Below are positions 1 through 11,280 of a DNA stretch of 64,000 nt, piece by piece. The notes beneath the pieces are model-generated. The model was given only the letters and a program-made list of their open reading frames with translations. It was not told the origin of the DNA and made no database searches. This DNA is from Mobula hypostoma. Taxonomy: Eukaryota. Position 1 is the stretch's first letter, and every line of letters starts with the position of its first letter. The stretch is taken from contig NC_086097.1 in assembly GCF_963921235.1 (NCBI RefSeq), positions 31,808,001 through 31,872,000 of the forward strand, in the 5' to 3' direction. Position numbers and translations under genes: made by a program.

Positions 1-285
1 GCGTTCCATGTAAATGTGCTCAATCGTCAAGAGGACTCTGCCTGTGATGGACTGGGCTGTATCCACCACTTTCTGCAGACTTTTCCATTCCCGGGCATTG
101 ATGTTTCCATACCAGGCCATGATGCAGCCAGTTAGGATACTCTCCACTCTGCACCTATAGAAGTTTGTCAAAGTTATAGGTGACACGCTGAATCCGTGCG
201 AACTTCTAAGGAAGTGGACGAGCTGTCGTGCCTTCTTTGTGAAGGCACACACTGGTTCCAGGACATAATTACACCAAAGGAAAAC
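1..285 (-). mobile_element. Rex1/Babar-type non-LTR retrotransposon, decayed C-terminal fragment
   Basis: Reverse complement resembles the other copies in the window (LTNFYRC..ESILTGCI.AWYG..A....LQKVVD.AQSI motif) at 985, 7965 and 62100. Confidence 0.65.
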
Positions 286-984
286 ATTAGCTGGTAGGAA
301 ACATTTCCCTGTGGCAGAGGAGTCTCAAAGCAAAGGGCAACAGTTTAAGGTAAGGAGGGAGAGGGGTAGATGGGATCTGAGGAGGAATTTTCTTATGCAG
401 TATCCAGAACACACAGTTCTTGAGGGAGCATGGAGGCAGAGAAACTTTGCCAGCACTTGAATCGCCAACGCCGAGGAATGCTGGCCAATGTGACGATGGC
501 CGGCGGGGGTGAGATGTGCCAAAGGGCCTGTTTTTGGACAGTGCAACGACTCTCTGAATAAACAAAGTCTGCTACACCACCTCGCCTAATAAGGTGGAGT
601 TTGGTGGTGTTAAATCTGAGCACCACGGAGAGGTGGATTGGGGTCATTGGAGGATAGAATAAGATGGTGGGGTTGAGAGGCCTACTCTTGTTGTCAATTG
701 GGATCATAGGGGGCGGGGTAGGAAGTGTTACCATCAACAGATGGTTTATATACTCAGGAGGCAGGGCAAGGGTCAGGGAGGGTGAAGCTGGTCATTGGCT
801 CTGATCTTAGGCCTGGTGGCCCCATGATGAATTGGATCAGGAGAGGCTATTCAGCTCTCGAAGGCCACTGTGCTCACCCACAGTGCATGTCCTGCCTCAG
901 ATCCTGGGCTTGATCTGGCTCTGTTCCAGATACCATCTTCTGGGCCCAGCACATAAGTGCAATTGCAAAGATAGCACGGCAACA

Positions 985-1665
985 CTTCTACTTCCTTAGG
1001 AGTTGGCAAAGTTTCGGCGTGACATCTAAAACTTGGACAAACTTGGTGGAGAGTATATTGACTGGCTGCATCATGGCCTGGCACAGAAACACCAATGCCC
1101 TTGAACAGAAAATCCTACAGAAGTAGTGGATACGGCCCAGTCTATCATGGGTAAAGCCCTCCCCACCATTGAGCATATCTACACAGAGTGTTGTTGCAGG
1201 AAATCAGCATCCATCTTCAGGTCATGCTCCACCACCCAGGTCATGCTCTCTTCTCACTGCTGCTGTCAGGAAAAAGGCACAGGAGACCCAGGAGACTCAC
1301 CACCAGGTTCAGGAACAGTTATTACCCCTCAACCATCAGGCACCTGAACCAGAGGGGATAACTTCACTCAACTTCACTTGTCCCATCACTGAGCCGCTCC
1401 CATAACCTGTGGACTCAATTTCAAGGATTCTTCATCACATGTTTCTTATATTTATTGTTTATTTGTTTACTATTTTTTTTACTTTTTTGTATTTGCACAG
1501 TTTGTTGTCTTTTGCACAATGGTTGTCTGCTCTGTTGGTGCAGTCTTTCATTGATTCCATGATGGTTATTGGATTTATTGAATAGGTCCACAAGAAAATG
1601 TATTTCAGGGTTATAAATGGTGACATATAAGTACTTTGATAATAAGTTTAGTTAGAACTTTGAAC
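985..1665 (+). mobile_element. Rex1/Babar-type LINE, 3' fragment
   Basis: Frameshifted YFLRSW..FGVTSKTWTN..VESILTGCIMAWH..LQKVVDTAQSIMGKALPTIEHIY motif, then a 3' UTR ending in a tttgaac-like tail. Paralogous to 7965-8657. Confidence 0.75.
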
Positions 1666-1789
1666 CTCAGTGTTTCCAAAGGGAACTGATGGAGGGGGAC
1701 AGCTGGTGGAATAGTCTGTAAGGCCGGGCCAAAGTGAGGTGGTGGTGATTCCAGTCTCTGGCACAGAATCCATTCCTCACTGCGGTGTC

Positions 1790-2130
1790 CATCCCTTTCT
1801 GTTTGCCCTTCTCCCTCTTCCCACTCTCCTCCCTGTCCCCTCCCTTCTTTCTGTCTACCCCATCCTCCCTCCACCCTCCCTACCCCTCACCCTGTCTCCC
1901 CTCTCTGTCATCTCAGCCTTTCCACCTTCTCCCTGTCCCCATTCACTCTCTGCCCCTCCCTGTCACCACCCTCTCACTCTTCTCACCTTCTCCCTGTCCC
2001 TGTCAACTACACCCCATTCTCACCCCCTCTCTCTCTCCCCACCACCTTACCTGTCCCCTGTCCCTCCCCGTACCTACCACACTCCAAATTCCCACCCACC
2101 CTGTCCCCACCTTCCTCCCCTCCCCCAGTC
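1790..2130. repeat. Pyrimidine-rich low-complexity tract
   Basis: Almost only C/T on the + strand, with recurring ccctgtc and ctctcc words. Confidence 0.8.
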
Positions 2131-3107
2131 AATTTGCCCCACGATGATGTGGTGCCAGTACGATAAACAGATGTGAACGGAGCCAGAGGCTGGGGGAGGG
2201 GTGGGTGGGGAGGACTTCTGATGGAGGTGTACAAAATTATGAGGGGCATGGATAGTTGGATGCATTACCCCAATGGCAGATGGGTTGAATGTCAGAGATC
2301 ATAGGTTGAGGGTAAGGGGAAAGAGGTTTAGTAGGGATATGTGTAGCTATTTTTAGGCCCAGAGGGGTCTGGAATCTGGAACCAACTCCTTGAGGAGACG
2401 GCAGAGATAGAGACTTTCAGAATTAAGTACAAGATCTCCCTAGTTTACCACTGACTGGCTAATGGAAATTCTACTTTACATACTTTCTTCCAGACACTTT
2501 AAAGCATTTGTCAAGCGAGTAATTATAATAATAAAGTGCTTCATTGTATTCATTAACAACTGGATGCCGAATGTATTCCACTAGTTTAATGACGGTTATT
2601 GTTAGAGTGATTAGTGAGTGATGGAAGAACTACAGCAAATATATCCAGAGTGATGTGGTGTGGGGAGTGATAGAAACTGGACATTTCCAACAGACTGCTT
2701 TCAGGATCGATCCCTTATGGGAACCTCCAGAAAAATTACAGAGTAATTCAACACAGAAACAGGCCCTTCAGTCCATCTCACTAATACTGACCAATCTACA
2801 TGCCGCTTGTTCCGTACGACTGTATTTGGCCTGTATCCCTCTAAATGTTTCCTATCACTTTGGCCCTTCACCACTTGAGACATGCTGTCTTCTCATGACT
2901 GCCACCGGGGAGGGGGTTCTCGAGTCTGATGACCCATACTCGATGTTTTAGGACCAGCTTCTCCTCTGCCATCAGCTTTCTGAACAGCCCATGAATCCGT
3001 GATCCCTGCACCACTATTCATTGTTTGAACTATTTATTAAGTTTTCGTAACTTATAGTAATTGTATGTCTTTGCACTGTACTGCTGCCTCGAAACTAAAA
3101 ATGTCAC

Positions 3108-4960
3108 GAGCTTTTATAGATATGTAAAAAGGAAAAGACTGGTAAAGACAAATGTAGGTCCCCTGCAGACAGAAACAGCTGAATTGATTATGGGGAGCAA
3201 GGACATGGCAGACCAATTGAATAATTACTTTGGTTCTGTCTTCACTAAGGAGGACATAAATAATCTTCCAGAAATAGTAGGGGACAGAGGGTCCAGTGAG
3301 ATGGAGGAACTGAGCAAAATACATGTTAGTAGGGAAGTGGTGTTAGGTAAATTGAAGGGATTAAAGGCAGATAAATCCCCAGGGCCAGATGGTCTGCATC
3401 CCAGAGTGCTTAAGGAAGTAGCCCAAGAAATGGTGGATGCATTAGTGATAATTTTTCAAAACTCGTTAGATTCTGGACTAGTTCCTGAGGATTGGAGGGT
3501 GGCTAATGTAACTCCACTTTTTAAAAAAGGAGGGAGAGAGAAACCGGGGAATTATAGACCGGTTAGCCTAACATCGGTGGTGGGGAAACTGCTGGAGTCA
3601 GTTATCAAGGATGTGATAACAGCACATTTGGAAAGCGGTGAAATGATCGGACAAAGTCAGCATGGATTTGTGAAAGGAAAATCATGTCTGACGAATCTCA
3701 TAGAAGTTTTTGAGGATGTAACTAGTAGAGTGGATAGGGGAGAACCAGTGGATGTGGTATATTTGGATTTTCAAAAGGCTTTTGACAAGGTCCCACACAG
3801 AAGATTAGTGTGCAAACTTAAAGCGCACGGTATTGGGGGTAAGGTATTGGTGTGGGTGGAGAATTGGTTAGCAGACAGGAAGCAAAGAGTGGGAATAAAC
3901 GGGACCTTTTCAGAATGGCAGGCAGTGTCTAGTGGGGTACAGCAAGGCTCAGTGCTGGGACCCCAGTTGTTTACAATATATATTAATGACTTGGATGAGG
4001 GAATTAAATGCAGCATCTCCAAGTTTGCGGATGACACGAAGCTGGGTGGCAGTGTTAGCTGTGAGGAGGATGCTAAGAGGATGCAGGGTGACTTGGATAG
4101 GTTAGGTGAGTGGGCAAATTCATGGCAGATGCAATTTAATGTGGATAAATGTGAAGTTATCCACTTTGGTGGCAAAAATAGGAAAACAGATTATTATCTG
4201 AATGGTGGCCGATTAGGAAAAGGGGAGGTGCAACGAGACCTGGATGTCATTATACACCAGTCATTGAAAGTGGGCATGCAGGTACAGCAGGCGGTGAAAA
4301 AGGCGAATGGTATGCTGGCATTTATAGCGAGAGGATTCGAGTACAGGAGCAGGGAGGTACTACTGCAGTTGTACAAGGCCTTGGTGAGACCACACCTGGA
4401 GTATTGTGTGCAGTTTTGGTCCCCTAATCTGAGGAAAGACATCCTTGCCTTAGAGGGAGTACAAAGAGGGTTCACCAGATTGGTTCCTGGGATGGCAGGA
4501 CTTTCATATGAAGAAAGACTGGATGAACTGGGCTTGTACTCGTTGGAATTTAGAAGATTGAGGGGGGATCTGATTGAAACGTATAAGATCCTAAAGGGAT
4601 TGAACAGGCTAGATGCAGGAAGATTGTTCCCGATGTTGGGGAAGTCCAGAACGAGGGGCCACAGTTTGAGGATAGAGGGGAAGCCTTTTAGGACTGAGAT
4701 TAGGAAAAACTTCTTCACACAGAGAGTGGTGAATCTGTGGAATTCTCTGCCACAGGAAACAGTTGAGGCCAGTTCATTGGCTATATTTAAGAGGGAGTTA
4801 AATATGGCCCTTGTGGCTACGGGGGTCAGGGGGTATGGAGGGAAGGCTGGGGCGGGGTTCTGAGTTGGATGATCAGCCATGATCATAATAAATGGCGGTG
4901 CAGGCTCAAAGGGCCGAATGGCCTACTCCTGCATCTATTTTCTATGTTTCTATGTTTCTA
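3108..4960 (+). mobile_element. Young 5'-truncated CR1 LINE with an uninterrupted ORF2 reverse-transcriptase region
   Basis: ORF 3061..4863 has KSPGPDG, NYRPVSLTS, QHGF, YLDFQKAFDKVPH, QGSVLGP, FADD and the CR1 C-terminus. It ends in a (TTTCTATG)n tail and interrupts an older Rex1-type 3' UTR (about 2905-3107, resuming about 4961). Confidence 0.93.
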
Positions 4961-5374
4961 TATGTCAGTGATAATACACCTGATTCAAACCTATTCAATC
5001 ATCTTTTAAACATCATAATTGTGCCCGACTTTACTTCAGGCTGCTTGTTCCATGTACCCACCAACCTCTGTGCCCCTCGCTCTCCTTTAAAACTTCTCCC
5101 TTTCATCATAAATCTGTGCCTTTCAGTTGTAGACTCCCCCTGCCCGGGGGAAAAGACTTTGACCTTTCACCTTATCCAAGTCCCTCATGATTTTATAAAC
5201 CTGTACTAGATCACCCCTCGGCCTCAGCCTCCTATATCAATATGTAGCCTTGAATTGCCAACACGTTGAAGGACACCGGCCTTCTGAGCCACTTATCTCC
5301 TCCAGCAGCTCACCTTTTGCCCCAAAGTCCAGCCTCTGTCACCTCCTGTGTCACCCCGGATCCATGATGTTACG

Positions 5375-6105
5375 TAGAACATAAAACATAGAACTAAGGC
5401 TCAGCACAGGAATTACAGCCTACAATGTGGTGTGATCTCTTAATTTACTCTAAGATCAATCTCACTCTTTCCTCCTACACAGCCTTCCATTTTTTCTTCC
5501 ATCCATGTGCACGAGTTTCTTCAGTGTACCTCATGTATTTGGCTCTACCACCATCCTGGCAGCTCATTCCACTAACCAATCTCTGTATAAAAAAATTATC
5601 TCTGACATCCCCCCCAACCCATACTTTCCTCCAAACACTTTAAAGTTATACCCCCTCATATTAGTAATTTCTGCTCTGGGAGAAAGTCTCTGACTATTCA
5701 CTTGAACTTTGCCTCTTATCTTGTTTATCTCTATCAAGTCATTTCTCATCCTCTATTGCTCCAAAGAGAAAAGCCCTAGTTTGCTCAACCAATCCTCATA
5801 AGACATGCTCTGTAATCCAGGAAGCAGCCTGACAAATCTCCACTGCACTCTCTCTCACTTCTACATCCTTCCTATAGTGAGGTGACCAGAACTGAACACA
5901 TCATTCCAAGTGTGATCTAACCAGAGTTTTACATTACCTGTTGGCTCTTGAACTCAATCCCCTGACTAATGAATGCCAACATATAATACATCTTCTTAAC
6001 CATCCTATCAACTTACATGGCAATATTGAAGGATCTGGGGACATGGACCCCAAGATCCCTCTGTTCCTCCACACTGGTAAGAATCCTGCCTTCAAATCTG
6101 ACCTT
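5375..6105 (-). mobile_element. Decayed CR1 LINE 3' fragment
   Basis: Minus strand reads LVR.HLE.CVQFWSPHYRK and DLIEINKI..LSPRAEITNMRGYNFKV. A (TAGAACA)n tail is seen on + at about 5375. Confidence 0.8.
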
Positions 6106-6329
6106 CTAAGGAAGGTTCCTGACCGAGAAACAGGATAGACCATGGTGGACATCACTTGTCCCCCAGACACTCACCCTGCACCTTTCACTCTCCAGAGGAT
6201 AAGTCTGTGTACCAGCTGGCAGTCTGCAGCTGCACCTCAGCAACCTCCCACGACTTGTCAGATCACCCAACTTCTATTTTATCTTTATTTTTTAATATTA
6301 TTTTCTTCAGCGATACAGCACTGTAACAG

Positions 6330-6752
6330 TGCCCAATTACACCATGTAACCAACTAACCTACTAACCCGTACATCTTTGGGATGTGGGAGAAAACGGGGG
6401 GTACCCAGAGGAAACCCATGCAGTCAAGGGGGATGTATCAACTCCTTACAGACTGAACCCTGGAGCTGCTGCTGTAATTGCGTTATGCTAACCGCTACAG
6501 TGCCGTGACATCCCCTTTGCAAGAAGTTGTTGGGCTTTAGTTGTACATTCTCCCATTACCACATCAGTTTCCCCGAGGTGCTCCTGTTTCCTCCCACATT
6601 CCAAAGGTTAGGGTTAGTAAGTTATGGGCATGTTACCTTGGTGTCAGAAGCGTGGCCACACCTGTGGAGGGTGTTGGACATTGATGCAAAATGATGCAGT
6701 TCACTGCATGTTTCAATGTTTCGACGTACATGTGGCAAATAAAGCTAATCTT
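6330..6752. mobile_element. Two decayed V-SINE (HE1/HER1-like) copies: about 6330-6510 on minus and 6525-6752 on plus
   Basis: V-domain-like gtttcctcccacattccaaag, and its reverse complement ctttgggatgtgggagaaa..cccagaggaaacccatgcagtca. Confidence 0.65.
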
Positions 6753-6794
6753 TCACCTGCTGTCCTTGCTGGGTAGGGTGGGTAGGGTGGGTGG

Positions 6795-7050
6795 TATGGG
6801 ATGGGCTGCCAGAGTATCTGTGAGTAAACAATGGTGTGCTTTGTAGACGGTGCAAACTGCAGCCGCTGTGCGCTGATGGTGGAGGGAGGGGGTTGTTTCG
6901 GGTGGTGGGTGGGGCACCGATCGAGCAGGCTCCTCTTTCTGGGATGGTAATGAGTGTCTTGAGAGTTGTTGGAGCCACACTCACCGAGGCAAGTGGGGAG
7001 TGTTGAGTCACACTCCTGACTTGGGCCTACTGGATGGGGTGTCAGGGGAT
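6795..7050 (-). mobile_element. Ancient non-LTR retrotransposon, post-RT C-terminal fragment (CR1/L2 superfamily)
   Basis: Minus strand reads AQVRSVTQHSPLASVSVAPTTLKTL and LHHQRTAAAVCTVYK, resembling the VRS.MEY.PLAW...LD.IQ..A.R region of LINE ORF2. Confidence 0.55.
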
Positions 7051-7261
7051 GAGTCATTTACCACAGGATGTCTAGTACCAGAGAGCATACCAGAGATGGA
7101 TAAATTCAAAGGAGATGTGTGTGAATATCTTGAATATGCTGCCGGGAATGTTGGCACAGGCAGGTATGATAGAGGCAGTTAGATAGGCCAATGGATGTGC
7201 AGGAAATGGAGGGATATGGATGATGTGTAGGAGTAAGCTATTACATTATTGGGGCATTTGA

Positions 7262-7960
7262 TAAGAGCATAAGACATAGGAGCAGAATCAGGCCATTCAG
7301 CCCATCGAGCCTGCTCTGCATTCTATCATTATTATCCCCCTTAACGCCATTCTCCTGACTTCTCTCTGTAACAATTGACATCCTTACGAATCAAAAACCT
7401 ATTGGCCTCCACTTTAAATATACTGTACCTAATAACTTGGCCTCTACAGCCGTCTATGACAATGAATTCCACAGATTCACCACCCTTTGGCTAAAGAAAT
7501 TATTTCTGATCTCTATTCTAAATGGACGTCCCTCTATTCTGAGGGTATTCCCTCTGCTTCTAGACTCTACCACCATGAAAATCAGCCTCTCTATGTTCAC
7601 TCTGTCTAGGCTTTTCAACGTTCGATAGGTTTCAGTGAGATTCCCCCCCCCCCCACCTCATTCTTCTATACTCCAGCGAGTATAGGCTCAAAGCCATCAA
7701 ACACTCCTCCCACCTTTGTATGCAGGAATCTTCCCCCTTCCTTCCTTGTCCTGATGAAGGGTCTCGGCCCGAAATGTTAATTGTTTACTCTTTTCCATAG
7801 ATGCTATCTGACCTGCTGTTCCTCCGGCATTTTGTGTGTTGCTCCTCATTCCTTTCATTCCTGGGATCCTTCTCGTGAACCTTGTCTGGACCCTCTCCAA
7901 TGTCAGCATCTTCTTTTTAGATATGGGACCCAGAACTGCTCACAACACTCAAGTGTGGTC
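7262..7960 (-). mobile_element. Decayed CR1 3' fragment interrupted by a Penelope terminal-repeat fragment (about 7725-7845, +)
   Basis: Minus-strand CR1 C-terminus and 3' UTR. The inserted piece has ctgatgaagggtctcggcccgaaa plus gatgctatctgacctgctg, shared with the other Penelope repeats. Confidence 0.75.
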
Positions 7961-7964
7961 TGAC

Positions 7965-8657
7965 ATAAATGAAATTATGGAGAAAGCACGACAGTGCCTC
8001 TATTTCCTTAGGAGTTTGCGAAGATTCAACATAACATCTAAAACTTTGACAAACTTCTATAGATGTGTGGTGGAGAGTATATTGTCTGGTTGGATCACAG
8101 CCTGGCATGGAAGCACCAATGCCCTGGAACAGAAAACCCTACAAAAAGTAGCGGATATGACCCAGTCCATAATGGATAAAGCCCTCCCTACTATTGAGCA
8201 CATCTTTACAAAGCACTGTCGCAGGAAAGCAGTTTCCATCATTAGGGACCCCTACCAACCAGGTCATGCTCTCTTCTCACAGCTGCTATCAGGAAGAAGA
8301 TAGGGGAGCTTCCAGACTCACACCACCAGGCTCAGGAACAGTTATTACCCTTCAATCATCAGGCTCTTGAACCAGAGGGGATAACTTCACTCAACTTCAC
8401 TTGTCCCATCATTGAAATGTTCCCACAACCTATGGACTCACTTCCAAGGACTCGTCATCTCATGTTCTTGATATTTATTGTTTATTTATCTATTATTATT
8501 ATGTATTTCTTTTTTATATTTGTAGTTTGTGTCTTTTGCACATTGGTGCAATGCCCAAGTTTCATTGATTCTATTATGGTTATTATTCTATCATGGATTT
8601 ATTGGAAATGAATGTATATGGGTACTTTGATAATAAATTTATTTTGAACTTTGAACT
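7965..8657 (+). mobile_element. Rex1/Babar-type LINE, 3' fragment
   Basis: KARQCLYFLRSLRRFNITSKTLTNFYRCVVESILSGWITAWHG..LQKVAD (ORF 7836..8303), ending in (TTTGAAC)n at about 8643-8657. Confidence 0.85.
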
Positions 8658-9954
8658 TTAATCCTATTCTTGGTCTGGCTCCCTTTCCTTATCCTTCGTT
8701 CTCTCACAATCCCTTTCACGGTCTTGCTCACGGTCCTAATCTTGCTCCTGCTCTTTTTCATTTCACTTTCACGCCTCTCTCTTTCCTGCTCACATTCTCT
8801 CTCTACCTCTTCTCTGCTTTTCAACTCCTCAATATCCAGAGCCTGGACTGACACCAACTTACTGCCCTCTACTGTGCCTATTGTCTTGTTTATTATTTAT
8901 TGTAATGCCTGCACTGTTTTGTGCACTTTATGCAGTCCTGGGTAGGTCTGTAGTCTAGTGTAGTTTTCGTATTGTTTCATGTAGCACCATAGTCCTGAAA
9001 AACATCTTGTTTTTACTGTGTTCTGTACTAGCAGTTATGGTTGAAATGACAATAAAAAGTGACTTGACTTGACTTGAACTTCTTGTCTTTTTTTTCATGC
9101 CTTCCTTTCTCTTCTTCTAGTTTATTCTGAGTATCTCTGAATTTGCTAATTTCTCAAAAAATTAGGTCTCATTTATCCTTATCCATTTCCATAGCAATTA
9201 TGTCATTCTTGGATGTGCCTCTTGATCTTGGGAAGGTGCATTTAGTTCACTAGAGTACTCTTTCATTAATCCTTCTTTTGCTCCCTTTACAGTCTAATCT
9301 CCCCTCTTGGTTTCCTCTTCCACAACATCATTTGACGAGTCCTCTGTTTTCACATCTCCATTGACTCCTTTCTTTTTGACCTTCCGTTCATCCAGCTGGG
9401 CTTTGGTCTTTGCATCTACTTTTGCAAGCAGCTTTTTGTCTCTCACTTGAAACTCATGCAATAACCTTAATCCACAAAGGGTAGATTCTGGTTCTTTAAA
9501 TTCACAAAAGCTGAATTCTTGCAACTTTCCTGAAACTCTCTAAACTCTCTTCCAGTTTAAAACCAAGCCACATTTAGCAAATAACTGCCTGATTAACATA
9601 TCAGGTTTTGGTGTTTTTGGTGTTCCTAAACATATCATTAGCTTTCTCAGATATGTTACCTACAAAAACTGCCGTAGTTGGACCTCTGCTTTCGTCACTT
9701 TCACGATTCCTCTGAACAGAATAGTCCTTCCTTGGTCCAATATGCTTTCCAACCAGAGGAACTGAGGTTGGCACCAACACCTATTTGCCCTCAGTTGGGC
9801 AACAGTTCCTGGTGTACCGCCTGGAGATAGTTGTGACATCATCCAGTACCTTTCTTAATTTGCTTCCAGTTGGCATTGTACTGGGGCTGTGGCATGCAAA
9901 TGGTGGATGGATCTCCAATCAAGCTGTAGTTGTCTCAGCTACTGATGTCCCCAT
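8658..9954 (-). pseudogene. RBM25: RBM25 (RNA-binding motif protein 25) processed pseudogene; RRM plus RE-rich region, disrupted
   Basis: Manual minus-strand translation gives VLVPTSVPLVGKHIGPRKD..GPTTAVFVGNISEKANDM/LIRQLFAKCGLVLNWKRV*RVSGKLQEFSFCEFKEPESTLCGLRLLHEFQVRDKKLLAKVDAKTKAQLDE..EEETKRGD*TVKGAKEGLMKEYSSELNAPSQD..EISKFRDTQNKLEEEKG..RQEVEK, then R/E/D repeats. This is collinear with vertebrate RBM25 as I recall it, has no introns, and carries stops, frameshifts, a deletion and two insertions. Confidence 0.93.
8827..9076 (+). mobile_element. Short LINE/SINE 3' fragment inserted in the RBM25 retrocopy
   Basis: Ends in aataaaaagt(gactt)x3 and is flanked by aact (8823-8826 and 9077-9080). 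Removing it rejoins the RBM25 frame as RQE-V-EKQRR. Confidence 0.75.
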
Positions 9955-10052
9955 AGTGCTGGTCCTCCTGTTTTTTCGACATACAAGCCCAATATGACTT
10001 GTTGGCTTTGTATTTCACAAAATACAGATGACATTCGCACAGGAGTTACCTT

Positions 10053-10303
10053 TTCACTGCCCTGTTCTCTCCCCACAGCCCTGTATCAGTCCGACACTAA
10101 TCCCACTGCCCTGCTCTCCCCTCACAGCCCTGTGTCAGTCCCCAAACTAACTCCACTGTCCCACTCTCTCCCCACAGCCCTGTATCAATCTCAAACTAAT
10201 CTCAGTGCCCCACTCTTTTTCCCATTGCCCTGTGTCATTCCCCGAACTGATCCCACTGTCCTGTTCTCTCCCCACAGCCCTGTATCAGTTCCCAAACTAA
10301 CCT
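10053..10303. repeat. Minisatellite, about 46 bp unit, about 5 copies
   Basis: Repeated cactgccctgttctctccccacagccctgtatcagtcccaaactaa variants. Confidence 0.8.
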
Positions 10304-10309
10304 GACGGG

Positions 10310-11280
10310 AAGGAATTGAAATGCTTACTCAGAAGGGAGAGTGATGGTGGGATGGTGTTCCGTGAGGTAGAAGAGGGAGGATGAGGTGAGTGGAGAGGGA
10401 AGAGTCAGTCAGTGGAGGTGTGGTTCCCTGTGTCAGGTGGATGGGATGTTGAGGGGCGGTGGCGAGGAAATTGATAGGGTGGATTTGTTAAAGGGGTAGG
10501 GGGCTGTGGGAATAAGCTTTGATAGGCATGGAGGGAGTTACGGGGTGAGGGCTCGTGTAAGTGGAGAGTAGAAGGAGTGAGTGGTGGCGTGTGTGTGTGT
10601 AGGAAGTGTGAGTGTCAGGCTGTAGGGGAGGAAGGTGAGTGAGGGGTGAGTGGAGAACAGAATGTGGGAGAGTGTCTGTGGAGGGAGAGTGGGAAGGGGT
10701 GGTGGGGTAATGGAGACATGAGGGAGGTGTGCAGGGGGAGAAAGGCGACTGTGAGGAGCTGAGAAATGGGAAGGAGTGGCTGAACAGGCAGTGAGGCAGG
10801 GAGGGAAGGGGAGTGAGGGAGTATGAGTGGGGGGACTGAGGGAGGGAGGGGGATAAGAGTGGGGGAACGAAGGGAGGGAGGGGGATGAGAGTGGGGGAAT
10901 GGAGGGAGGGAGGGAGGGGGATAAGAGTGGGGGAACGGAGGGAGGGAGGGGGATGAGAGTGGGGAAACGGAGGGAGGGAGGGGGATGAGAGTGTTGTGAG
11001 GGAAGGGTGAGTGAGACCGGAAGAGCTGATGTATGAGTGAGGGATAGAGGGTGGCAGTGATGGAGGGAGGGGAGTGAGTGAGGAAGAGAGATAGGGTGGA
11101 TATAAGGAAGGGAGAGTGAGAGTGGAAGAGGGAATGAGGGAGGAAGGAGAGGGCTGAGGGAACAGAGTGAGAATGTGAGTGGATGAAGGGAGTGAATGAG
11201 GGAGAGGGAGAGAGAGAGATAGTAGATGTGAAGGAGTGAGTGTGGAAGGGAGGAGGTAGTGAGTGAATGGGTGAGAGGAG
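10310..11280. repeat. Purine-rich low-complexity tract containing a 32-36 bp minisatellite (about 10795-10990)
   Basis: G/A-dominated + strand; repeated ggagggagggggataagagtgggggaac. Confidence 0.8.

Noticed and set aside
3061..4863. Domesticated or cellular reverse transcriptase gene
   Set aside because: Typical 5'-truncated CR1 with a microsatellite tail; the TTG start lies in an unrelated flanking repeat.
4194..4886. Antisense ORFs over CR1 elements (also 47856..48428)
   Set aside because: Common shadow frames of CR1 ORF2 with no independent evidence.
9294..9524. Functional RBM25 exon
   Set aside because: The flanks continue as intronless RBM25 sequence with stops, frameshifts and insertions.
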